Virus record (IMG/VR): IMGVR_UViG_3300028591_005933
Span: 1,471 to 65,470 of that record
Direction: 5' to 3' (one strand)
From: a virus
Taxonomy: Duplodnaviria > Caudoviricetes
DNA: 64,000 bases
The notes under the pieces were generated by a model that ran no database searches, was not told where the DNA came from, and worked only from the letters and a program-made list of their open reading frames with translations. The translations under genes were made by a program, and so were the position numbers. Position 1 is the first letter of the stretch. Each line of letters begins with the position of its first letter. Shown piece after piece: positions 9,304-17,576 of the stretch.

Positions 9304-10944
9304 TTAACCAATTATGATTGCTTTAAATGCCCCAGCTTGAATTACTTCATCTTCATCTACATTCATTTTAATTGTAACAACTCCAGATGAATAAGTTTTA
9401 TCTACTTCAACCTCATCACCTGATTCAACTTCAATTACAGTAGCATGAACGTTTGGAGTATTTAAAGTATGATGAATTTCCCAAGTTACATAACCAACAT
9501 TATTAGTATCTTCTAATTCACCACAAGTTACAACTTCTTTGTGAACAGATCCATTAGAAAGTGTTTCAATAGCCGCATTAATACTATCTAATTCATTATC
9601 TACATCTGCCTTAACAGCATAAGCACTTAAATCAGTAATACCTGCCAATATATCCCAATAACCAGGATTATCGTTTTTAGGAGCAACCCATGCTACATTA
9701 TCACCGGCTTTAATACCATGAGTACTATCTGCAGTGGCAATATTATAAACATCGCCTTCAGTTAAATCTTGGTCAGGTAAATCATTATAAGCATTTACTG
9801 AACCTTTAAATTTATATACAGATGTTAATTTTTGGTCAATTGATGCTTCTAATGCACTTAAATCGCCTTTAACTGCGATTTCATTGTCAGCAACAGCTCT
9901 TTGATCAAATGATTTATCACCAACAGTATAATACATACCGCCATTAGTAATATCAATTTTAGCGCCCTGCCATTTTCCACCAACTTGTTTATCTGCATAA
10001 ATTTGAGCAACTAATTTATTATCGCCAGATCCAATTGAGCCATCATGAACACCGATAAATGATTCTGTACCATCTTTATTTTCAAATTTAGCACCACCGC
10101 CATCTGTTTCATTGAAAATAATAGCTGTACCATTTGCACCCTCAAGCTCTTTATCTACTTTTTTATTATCATTAGTAATTCTGGCTTGTGCTTCAGCTTC
10201 AATAGCATTTTGAACAGAAGTTACAGCTGATGTGATGTCACCTTTTACAGCTAATTCATTTGCTGGTACATCTCTGTCAGCAAGTGAAGCTTCAGAAGCA
10301 GCTCCTGTGGTATAATACATACCTGATTTTTTAATATCTAATTTGGTACCAGAATATTTATTGCCAATTTTTTCAACAGCATATAATTGACCTGCAAGAC
10401 CATTAGCACCACCATCATTAGTACCAATATAAGACCAAGTACCATCAGAATGTTCAAATTTAGATCCGCCACCGTCTTCTTCATTCCAAAGAATTGCAGT
10501 ACCGTTTGGACCTTGAGTATCAGTTCTAAAATGACCAGTAGCTAAAGTTTTATCATTATTACTCCAAAACTTATCAACAATATTTTGTTTTGTATAATAA
10601 TCGTCTTTATCTTCATTGGCCATTGTACCAAGATTTTCTAACTTTTCTTTAAGAGCCGTTGTAAAATCTTCAGTCGATAAACCTTTACCTGCTACTACGT
10701 CTACTTTACCTGCTAATTCACTTTCTAATTCTGATTGTAATTCAGAAATAGCTTGTTCAACAGCAGCTGTATCTCCTAAATAAATCCAGTTAGTGCCATC
10801 CCACCAACCAAATTTATTTTGTACGGTATCAAAATAACCCATACCTTTTTTAGGATTAGCAGGAGCAGAAGCAAGATGTTGAATTACGAAGCCTTTAAGT
10901 TGATTACCTCTTAATTCTAAATCTGTATAATATTTTTTTGCCAT
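9304..10944 (-). CDS. Phage tail fibre/spike-like protein with internal ~100-aa duplication
   Basis: N-terminal YYTDLELRGNQL...QHLASAPANP..GYFDT..WWDGTNW motif; two NExDGGGxKFE...GMYYT repeats; VYKFKGSV...GDVYN motif. Confidence 0.65.
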   Translation of the reverse strand: MAKKYYTDLELRGNQLKGFVIQHLASAPANPKKGMGYFDTVQNKFGWWDGTNWIYLGDTAAVEQAISELQSELESELAGKVDVVAGKGLSTEDFTTALKEKLENLGTMANEDKDDYYTKQNIVDKFWSNNDKTLATGHFRTDTQGPNGTAILWNEEDGGGSKFEHSDGTWSYIGTNDGGANGLAGQLYAVEKIGNKYSGTKLDIKKSGMYYTTGAASEASLADRDVPANELAVKGDITSAVTSVQNAIEAEAQARITNDNKKVDKELEGANGTAIIFNETDGGGAKFENKDGTESFIGVHDGSIGSGDNKLVAQIYADKQVGGKWQGAKIDITNGGMYYTVGDKSFDQRAVADNEIAVKGDLSALEASIDQKLTSVYKFKGSVNAYNDLPDQDLTEGDVYNIATADSTHGIKAGDNVAWVAPKNDNPGYWDILAGITDLSAYAVKADVDNELDSINAAIETLSNGSVHKEVVTCGELEDTNNVGYVTWEIHHTLNTPNVHATVIEVESGDEVEVDKTYSSGVVTIKMNVDEDEVIQAGAFKAIIIG

Positions 10945-10999
10945 TTTTTATTTCCTAAAATCAAAATTTAATAAACATGTTCATTAAAAATTAGTTATA

Positions 11000-11443
11000 T
11001 TAATTTAATATAATTTTACCACTAACTGGTATTGAAAATTTTACTTTTACAGTATTGAGATCTGGATATGAAATATCTCCAAATATTTCATCATCACCTT
11101 CAAAAGTATGTACAGATGGTTTTTTATTTAAATTATGAGTAACTGTCCATACTTCACTTTCCCTGTTAATTTCTAACGTAAATGTTTTATCACCTTCGGT
11201 ACTTGTTGCATAAGGTACAAACTCATTATTAATTAAAATATATAATTTTCGTTCACTATTAACAAATACGGCCATGCCTTCAGAACGTCTTTCTTCGGTT
11301 ATGGCATTCATTTGAGCAATAGTATCTACTTCTCTCCATCCACCTTTGCCATAAGTACTTAAATGTGTAGCATATGTATCATTAGCTGTTAAGGGAACAA
11401 TATTATCAATTACATTAAGACCAGGTAATTTATTATTTGCCAT
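11000..11443 (-). CDS. Phage tail/structural protein
   Basis: YATH...GKGGWREVDTIAQMNAITEERRSEGMAVFV and WTVTHNLNKKPSV motifs, widespread in phage tail genes. Confidence 0.6.
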   Translation of the reverse strand: MANNKLPGLNVIDNIVPLTANDTYATHLSTYGKGGWREVDTIAQMNAITEERRSEGMAVFVNSERKLYILINNEFVPYATSTEGDKTFTLEINRESEVWTVTHNLNKKPSVHTFEGDDEIFGDISYPDLNTVKVKFSIPVSGKIILN

Positions 11444-11446
11444 TTT

Positions 11447-12172
11447 TTAACCCCCATAACTCATTTGTAATTTGACATCACTTGCTGTTTGTTTTCTACC
11501 AACTTGAGCTAAAATATATTCAACTCCATTAAGTTCTTCAGTTTTTAATTCATATGGAGTAACTGTAAAATTATTATATGTTATATTTATTTTATTAATA
11601 TCTGTTGCTATTACGCCTATTACAATATATTTTCCATCAGAACAATCAAAACTATATGGTTTAGCTGTATCATATAAAGCAATAACATTAAGATCTGCTA
11701 AAGAAACATTATCAATTTCTTCGATTGTTCCTGCATAAATATAAGTTTTAATTTCTGGTGTAGGAGTTGGAGTAGGTTCATCTCCACCTTCACCTCCAAT
11801 AATTTCTTGAATATCTGTATATGGATCTTCTTTACTTCCACCAACTTCAACCCAATTTTCTTCTGTTTGATAAACATAATTACCTAAATCACTAGATGTA
11901 TATTGATAAGCTACCCAATTATTTGAAGTACCCTCCGCAAAAGTAATATATTGACCAGATACCCTATCTTTTTCTTGAGTATTTTGAGTAAGATAAGTAA
12001 TAGCTTCTTTTAAATTATTAAAAGGAGCGTGCTGGCCAAAAGCCGTTGAAACATTATAAAGCCATTCAGGGTGTGAACTGCTAGGCGCCGGCTCACTACC
12101 ACCGCTTCCATTGCCACCTCCGAATAATTTACTTAAGCGCAAGGAATTTATTTCAATTACAGTATCAGTCAT
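11447..12172 (-). CDS. Probable structural protein with Gly- and Pro/Thr-rich linkers
   Basis: First gene of the tail operon; GGGNGSGG and EPTPTPTPE linkers. Confidence 0.5.
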   Translation of the reverse strand: MTDTVIEINSLRLSKLFGGGNGSGGSEPAPSSSHPEWLYNVSTAFGQHAPFNNLKEAITYLTQNTQEKDRVSGQYITFAEGTSNNWVAYQYTSSDLGNYVYQTEENWVEVGGSKEDPYTDIQEIIGGEGGDEPTPTPTPEIKTYIYAGTIEEIDNVSLADLNVIALYDTAKPYSFDCSDGKYIVIGVIATDINKINITYNNFTVTPYELKTEELNGVEYILAQVGRKQTASDVKLQMSYGG

Positions 12173-12178
12173 ATCAAA

Positions 12179-12196
12179 TAGAACTTTTTTGTTCTA
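12179..12196. promoter_or_regulatory. Back-to-back GTTCTA motifs (TAGAAC-N6-GTTCTA) between divergent genes
   Basis: Exact inverted repeat tagaac-tttttt-gttcta between 11447-12172 (minus) and 12239-12751 (plus). Confidence 0.55.
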
Positions 12197-12238
12197 TATA
12201 TAAAATAATGGATTAAATTAAATAATTGGAGAAAACAA

Positions 12239-12751
12239 GTGAGTTATAGATTATTACCAAAACAAGTTTATTTAACTAAGCAAACCAACTTGGGTATTAT
12301 GGTATTCCAACCAGTAAATGGTGATACTCAACTCTATGGGTCTAATGTTGTAAAATATCATGTAAATAAATTAACAGGTAAAAAAACATTAATCAAACCT
12401 AAATTTGAGGAATTAATTAAAATTACAGATGACTTATTACCTGTTAATACAGTTCATCCAATGAATAATCTTACTACTTGGATTGCATTTGATTCTGAAG
12501 CAGAAAATGCTGAAATTTGGTGTACTCATGGTATTGATGAATCAGTTACTCCTACCTTTGTATCTAAAGACGGAAGAGTTGGAGATAAAAAAGAAAAGGA
12601 ATTACTTTTAGAAGAAGAAGCATTACGTCAAAAAGCTTGGGAATTAGAATTAGAAAAGGAAAGAAATCAAATCGAAGATCCAAAATATCCTTTAAAACGT
12701 GAAGATATAAGAAATTATATCGATGAAGATGGTAATATAGTTGATGATTAA
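12239..12751 (+). CDS. Hypothetical protein
   Basis: 170-aa ORF, GTG start with GGAG RBS, GTTCTA motif upstream, terminator downstream. Confidence 0.7.
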   Translation: MSYRLLPKQVYLTKQTNLGIMVFQPVNGDTQLYGSNVVKYHVNKLTGKKTLIKPKFEELIKITDDLLPVNTVHPMNNLTTWIAFDSEAENAEIWCTHGIDESVTPTFVSKDGRVGDKKEKELLLEEEALRQKAWELELEKERNQIEDPKYPLKREDIRNYIDEDGNIVDD

Positions 12752-12774
12752 TTTTACAATCCATTATTAAAAAT

Positions 12775-12799
12775 AAAGTGCCATTTTAGGCACTTTTTT
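12775..12799 (+). terminator. Intrinsic terminator (possibly bidirectional)
   Basis: AAAGTGCC-ATTTTA-GGCACTTT followed by a T run, 24 nt after the stop of 12239-12751. Confidence 0.75.
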
Positions 12800-12804
12800 A
12801 ATAT

Positions 12805-12873
12805 AAAAAAGGATGCTCAGGGGAAAGGAGGGGAAACCTTAAGCATCCTTATCGTATTCATATGAATTGCGAC
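12805..12873 (-). ncRNA. Candidate small RNA: two hairpins, 3' hairpin with C/U-rich anti-SD loop and U tail
   Basis: GTTCTA motif at 12880-12885 points into it with no ORF downstream; stem AAGGAUGCUUAAG/CUGAGCAUCCUU has a U-G wobble only on the minus strand; loop GUUUCCCCUCCUUUCCC. Confidence 0.45.
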
Positions 12874-12893
12874 ATATATTAGAACTTTTACAT

Positions 12894-13445
12894 TTATTTT
12901 TTATTATATTGCCAAAATTCTAAATGAATATCTTCATCTAATAAAGCTTCTTCTAATTTAGCATCCCATTTTTCATAATTTAAATATTCATTAATATTAA
13001 ATGGAAATTTTATATAATCAAAATCATCTTCTAAAACACAAGATACTTTTGTAATATAGGCGCAATCAATTAAGTCTTTTTCTAAGCAATACTTATAAAT
13101 TGAAGCTCCTCCACAAATAAATACTTCATCAAAATTACCACAAAAATCTAAAGCATTTTCAACAGAAGTGGCCTCTACCCAACCTCTCCATTTATTATCT
13201 TTTCTATCACAAATAGCATTAACTGCAAATACTTTTGATTCACTATTATCTAATACTATATTTAATCTATTTGGTAACGGATAATTTGGTAATCCAAAAA
13301 ACGTTGTTGATCCAAAAATAACTGGTTTACCGGAAGTTAATTTTTTAAAATGATTTAAGTCAACTTTAGAATGCCAAGCCAATTTATTTTTATATCCAAT
13401 TACATTATCTGGACCAATTGCAACAATCATATTAACTTTAGTCAT
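12894..13445 (-). CDS. folA: Dihydrofolate reductase
   Basis: IVAIGPDNVIGYKNKLAWHSKVDLNHFKKLT..PVIFGSTTF..LPNRLNIVL and VFICGGASIY are canonical DHFR motifs. Confidence 0.95.
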   Translation of the reverse strand: MTKVNMIVAIGPDNVIGYKNKLAWHSKVDLNHFKKLTSGKPVIFGSTTFFGLPNYPLPNRLNIVLDNSESKVFAVNAICDRKDNKWRGWVEATSVENALDFCGNFDEVFICGGASIYKYCLEKDLIDCAYITKVSCVLEDDFDYIKFPFNINEYLNYEKWDAKLEEALLDEDIHLEFWQYNKK

Positions 13446-13456
13446 AATATCCTCCT

Positions 13457-14524
13457 TTAAATATAATCATCGTCATCATTAATTTCATAATCAAGCTCAC
13501 CCCTTTTATGAAAAATTAAATCTCTATAAGTCATATCAGTTGTTTTTTTCTTTTTTTGAAAATTATATTTAACTGGTTTTACTTTTTTATATTCTAGTAA
13601 CTGTGTATTTACTCTTGAATTACTTATATTATATCTTGATTTATATGTTGTTGATAAACCTTTAATAAAAGTTAATATTTTAGGTGAATATAAACCAGCC
13701 TTATATAAAAATATTTTACCTAACATAACAGTTTTTTTATCAAATCCAGCAGTATCTTGCTTATCATAAAAACTTTCTATTTTATCATAGCAATTTAAAG
13801 CATCTGGATATTGTTTAGCAATAAATAAAGCTTTTTGTAAAATACTTTTTACATTAGCTTCACTGTCCATATAATCTCCATCTTTTTCAGCAGGAATAAC
13901 ATCAGCTAATGTCTTATCATTATCATTAACATCTAACTTATTATCTAATGAAATTTTAAATATAGAAGAACCTTCGTTTTGTGTAGCCAAAAACGCTTTA
14001 TGTTTTCTATCTCCAGTTATACTCATTCTACAGATATAAATAAATTCTTTATATAACACTGGGTTAAAAGTAACTGTTGATGCTTTTTTTAATTTTTCTG
14101 GATAAAACCATCTTGTGCGATAAAAATCACAAATTTTACAAAACTTAGCCCAAAATTCAGCAGACCAATCCTCACTTGATCCATCTGAATTACTCATTTT
14201 AAATCCATTAAATTCAATATATCCTTTTAAATATCTAGCTATAGATTCTGTAACTCTATTAAATCTTTCTGGAGTAGCGTTAGCAATTGGTTGATTATTA
14301 ATTAAATATTTAATTTGTTCATCCAAAGTTGGATATTCTTTCATTTTTTCTATAACTTCTGCTAATTCGTCATGAGTTAAGCAAGTATATATTAATAAAT
14401 TTTCATCATTTTTACAAGCATTTAGAAATTTTTGATAATCTTTATAATCAGATTCTATAAATTTTTTAAAATTTTGTTTACGATTTGTTCTTTTTGATAT
14501 TTTAGCCTTTTTTATTTCAGCCAT
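13457..14524 (-). CDS. Hypothetical protein, possibly a divergent phage sigma factor
   Basis: ISLDNKLDVNDNDKTLADVIP resembles sigma-70 region 3.2; EDWSAEFWAKFCKICDFY and YKEFIYICRMSI weakly resemble region 2; GGAG RBS. Confidence 0.4.
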   Translation of the reverse strand: MAEIKKAKISKRTNRKQNFKKFIESDYKDYQKFLNACKNDENLLIYTCLTHDELAEVIEKMKEYPTLDEQIKYLINNQPIANATPERFNRVTESIARYLKGYIEFNGFKMSNSDGSSEDWSAEFWAKFCKICDFYRTRWFYPEKLKKASTVTFNPVLYKEFIYICRMSITGDRKHKAFLATQNEGSSIFKISLDNKLDVNDNDKTLADVIPAEKDGDYMDSEANVKSILQKALFIAKQYPDALNCYDKIESFYDKQDTAGFDKKTVMLGKIFLYKAGLYSPKILTFIKGLSTTYKSRYNISNSRVNTQLLEYKKVKPVKYNFQKKKKTTDMTYRDLIFHKRGELDYEINDDDDYI

Positions 14525-14632
14525 TTTAAAAAATACTCCTTCATAACCTTTATATTTTAACTATAAATCAATTCATTAAAAAATAACAAACCATAATTTT
14601 GATTTTTAATATTTAAATTTCCAAATAGTTTA

Positions 14633-15082
14633 TTAACCAAAATTACCAAGATTTTTATTTGTTTGATTACATACATAATATAAATCATTCATATAAGTAT
14701 CCCAAGCGGTTGTTATATTATACATTTCAATTAATGTATCTAATCCAGTAATATCTTCTTTATAATATTCTATAATATTTTCAGTTATTTTTTCACCAGA
14801 ACCTTTTGCTCTTTTTATAGAAGCTTTTACTTGCTCATTTCTTTTTTTATCTATTAAGACTTGTAATTTTGATTTAAATAATTGAATTTGCGTTTTAAAA
14901 AAACTTAATTCCATTTGAATACTATGTCTTTTGTCATTTGATAATGATACAAATTTTTTTATATTTTTTAAAAAATTAATAAAATTTACAATATCTTGTT
15001 CGGTACTAAAAATATATTTTAATTGTTTATCAAGAGTTTCAAAATTTAAGCTTTCAACCTTTTCAATATCAAACTCTTCCAT
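14633..15082 (-). CDS. Helical protein, possibly UvsY-like recombination mediator
   Basis: 149 aa, coiled-coil character, KITENIIEYY motif, located beside SSB and gp46/gp47; family call is inference. Confidence 0.4.
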   Translation of the reverse strand: MEEFDIEKVESLNFETLDKQLKYIFSTEQDIVNFINFLKNIKKFVSLSNDKRHSIQMELSFFKTQIQLFKSKLQVLIDKKRNEQVKASIKRAKGSGEKITENIIEYYKEDITGLDTLIEMYNITTAWDTYMNDLYYVCNQTNKNLGNFG

Positions 15083-15101
15083 AGCTTATTCCTTTCATAC
15101 C

Positions 15102-15539
15102 TTATTTCCCATCTTTTGTTTCTGCAAATTCAAGTAACTCTTCAATAGTCATATGTTTAATTTCTGCTATTCTGTTATTAACTTTATTTAAGCCATAAGT
15201 ACCAAAATGATCATGATGTTTATCACAAAGAGAAACAAGATTATTAAATTCATATAATAAATCTTTACGCTTACTTCTCAAATGTATATGATGTACTTGT
15301 GTCGCAGGTTTACCACATATAATACATTTATAATTATCACGTTCTAATATTTGATTGCGAACCTTCTCCCATTTTTCTTTTGTTTTTTCATTTTGTTTTT
15401 TTAATTCTGTATTTTTTGAAAGCTCTGATCCTTTATTTTTTAAAATAGATGTTTTAGCTAATCCATTACCTTTTGATATTAATGGAGTTTTTTTAAGAGT
15501 ATACTTTTTTTTCTTTAATGGTGTTTTTTTCATAAACAT
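15102..15539 (-). CDS. HNH endonuclease (Zn-binding, NinG/McrA-like)
   Basis: ILERDNYKCIICG...QVHHIH...NNLVSLCDKHH; Lys-rich N-terminus. Confidence 0.85.
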   Translation of the reverse strand: MFMKKTPLKKKKYTLKKTPLISKGNGLAKTSILKNKGSELSKNTELKKQNEKTKEKWEKVRNQILERDNYKCIICGKPATQVHHIHLRSKRKDLLYEFNNLVSLCDKHHDHFGTYGLNKVNNRIAEIKHMTIEELLEFAETKDGK

Positions 15540-15540
15540 C

Positions 15541-15573
15541 AAAAGGAGAACCTAAGTTTAAATTAAGTTCTCC
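15541..15573 (-). terminator. Terminator-like hairpin after the SSB gene
   Basis: Minus RNA GGAGAACUUAA-UUUAAAC-UUAGGUUCUCC-UUUU with a G-U pair on this strand. Confidence 0.65.
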
Positions 15574-15597
15574 TCCCCTCCACTACATAATTAAAAG

Positions 15598-16410
15598 TTA
15601 AAATGGAATATCATCATCATTTACTGAACTTGCTTCTTCTACTAATTTTTTAGCTTCAATAAATTCTTTAGCCATTTCTTCAGCTATTTCAGTAACTTTT
15701 AAAATATCTTGATCACTAGGTAACTTCCACAAATCAGGCATATTTAAAGCTTCATTTTCTTCTTTTAATGCTTCAATTACGTCTTCTGTTGGTTCAAAAC
15801 AGCTAAATGTTATTTCACGTTCAAATCTACCATTTTCAGTTGCTCTACTAAATCTAATAATATTACTTCTATTCCATTCTAAAAGATTAGGAGTATCTTT
15901 ATCTATATATTTTTCAACCAACCATGTTGTTAAAAATGAACCATTTTGTTGTAATACAGAAACATGAGCTTTATCCCAATCGTGTTTTACATCACTATCA
16001 ATTACAACTACTTTAACATTTGAAGTAATTTTTGGAGCAAATACTGGAATTGGTCCAAATTTACCTTGTACAGTTAAATCATTTTCTGTAAAACCTTGTT
16101 TTAAAAGCTTTCTTTTCATTTCACAAACTGGACATTTAACACCAGCTTTCTTTAAATGTTGAGTTTCTTCTGGACATACAAATCTTGTTGTAACACCATT
16201 ATGATTTAACCAATGCGTACCTACAATGAATCCAAATACTTTATTTTCTGCACTATTTGCAGGTAATAATTTAAATTTTAAATCTTTTTTAAAAGCTTTT
16301 GGATTTGATACCCAATCAATCACTGGTAAATCTCCAGAATATTCATTTTTATTATTATTTCTATTATTTAACAATTCTTGCATCCATTCAATATTAATTT
16401 CTTTTTCCAT
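15598..16410 (-). CDS. Single-stranded DNA-binding protein (T4 gp32-like)
   Basis: KFKLLP...HWL...FVCPE...CPVCE Zn motif; acidic tail NDDDIPF; sits beside gp46/gp47. Confidence 0.75.
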   Translation of the reverse strand: MEKEINIEWMQELLNNRNNNKNEYSGDLPVIDWVSNPKAFKKDLKFKLLPANSAENKVFGFIVGTHWLNHNGVTTRFVCPEETQHLKKAGVKCPVCEMKRKLLKQGFTENDLTVQGKFGPIPVFAPKITSNVKVVVIDSDVKHDWDKAHVSVLQQNGSFLTTWLVEKYIDKDTPNLLEWNRSNIIRFSRATENGRFEREITFSCFEPTEDVIEALKEENEALNMPDLWKLPSDQDILKVTEIAEEMAKEFIEAKKLVEEASSVNDDDIPF

Positions 16411-16535
16411 TGTATTTATCCTTAAAATTATGTAGTTTAGTTATGTTTTATACAGTTTCATATCTGTCATATAAAATAGAAGTTATTTGATAAAATATTT
16501 CTAATAAAATAATTTTCCAAACAGTGTATATAGAA

Positions 16536-17576
16536 CTATGCCTTACTTCTTTCTATTAAATTTTCACCAACTTTAATTAATTCTTTTTTATTTTCTTCAG
16601 TATTTTCAGATTTTTCAACAAAATACTTTATAACATCAATATCATCTTTTAATTTTATTTCAGTTTCATCTATTTTTTTATTAAATATTAAACGCATAAC
16701 ATCTACATGAAAATCTGAATGTTTAAAAGTTTTTAATTTTTCTTTTAAATCATCTGTATATAATAAATCAGTAGATAATTCAACCTTAACATAATTATCT
16801 GGAGAAAGTTTAAAAAGATCATTAATATTATCATCAGTAAAACTTAACCAATCAGGACAATTAAAACTTTCACGAGAAACTTTATTAGTTTCTGTATCAT
16901 ATATAATTATATTATTTCTTGCTATTCCTTGATCTTTAAAAGATAATCTTTGTGTTGAACCTGTTATTTGAATATTTTTTGCAACAGATCCACCGCAGTG
17001 ATAGTGTCCTTGTAAAGTCATTTTAAATTTCTTTAACAAATCTATACTTACACCTTTTTCGCTTTGTAAACCACTAGCAAAAGTTATTCCTTTTAATTCT
17101 GCGTGTGAAAATATAATTTTATGATCTTTATTTTTAATATTATTTAAAAAATCTTCAGCAAATTGATCATTAATACAATAAGGTAAATATATAAAATCAT
17201 CTACTTCTGTTGGTTGATCATAAACTGTTACATTATTCCAATACTTAAATGGCATTAATTTATGTGAATATTGATTATTTAAATGTCCACTAATATCATG
17301 ATTGCCAACTAACATATCTAATTGACATACATCAGAAATTTTTTTTATAAATTCTGTAACTGCTGTTAATACCTGACAAGAAATATTATCTCCAACTGGA
17401 CCAAATAAATCACCAAGAAAAACAATTTTATCTATTTGTTTGGTTTTACATAAATTAATAATTACATCAGCACATTGTAAATGCTCTAATTCTCTAATAG
17501 TATATCCTTGTGGAGTAATTGTTGAAAATCTATGTGTATGATGAAAATGTATATCTCCAAAAGCTAATATTTTCAT
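16536..17576 (-). CDS. sbcD: Mre11/SbcD-like nuclease (T4 gp47-like)
   Basis: GDIHF, FLGDLF, VGNHD, FSHAE, GHYH metallophosphoesterase motifs; overlaps the gp46-like gene. Confidence 0.9.
   Translation of the reverse strand: MKILAFGDIHFHHTHRFSTITPQGYTIRELEHLQCADVIINLCKTKQIDKIVFLGDLFGPVGDNISCQVLTAVTEFIKKISDVCQLDMLVGNHDISGHLNNQYSHKLMPFKYWNNVTVYDQPTEVDDFIYLPYCINDQFAEDFLNNIKNKDHKIIFSHAELKGITFASGLQSEKGVSIDLLKKFKMTLQGHYHCGGSVAKNIQITGSTQRLSFKDQGIARNNIIIYDTETNKVSRESFNCPDWLSFTDDNINDLFKLSPDNYVKVELSTDLLYTDDLKEKLKTFKHSDFHVDVMRLIFNKKIDETEIKLKDDIDVIKYFVEKSENTEENKKELIKVGENLIERSKA

Noticed and set aside
12894-13445. DHFR as a notable auxiliary or resistance gene
   Set aside because: DHFR is a routine nucleotide-metabolism gene of T4-like phages; nothing in the sequence indicates a mobile dfr cassette.
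13541-13560. Poly-A/T runs as phase-variation or frameshift sites
   Set aside because: Such runs are ubiquitous Lys/Phe codon stretches in this AT-rich genome, and no broken ORF pair needing a frameshift was seen.
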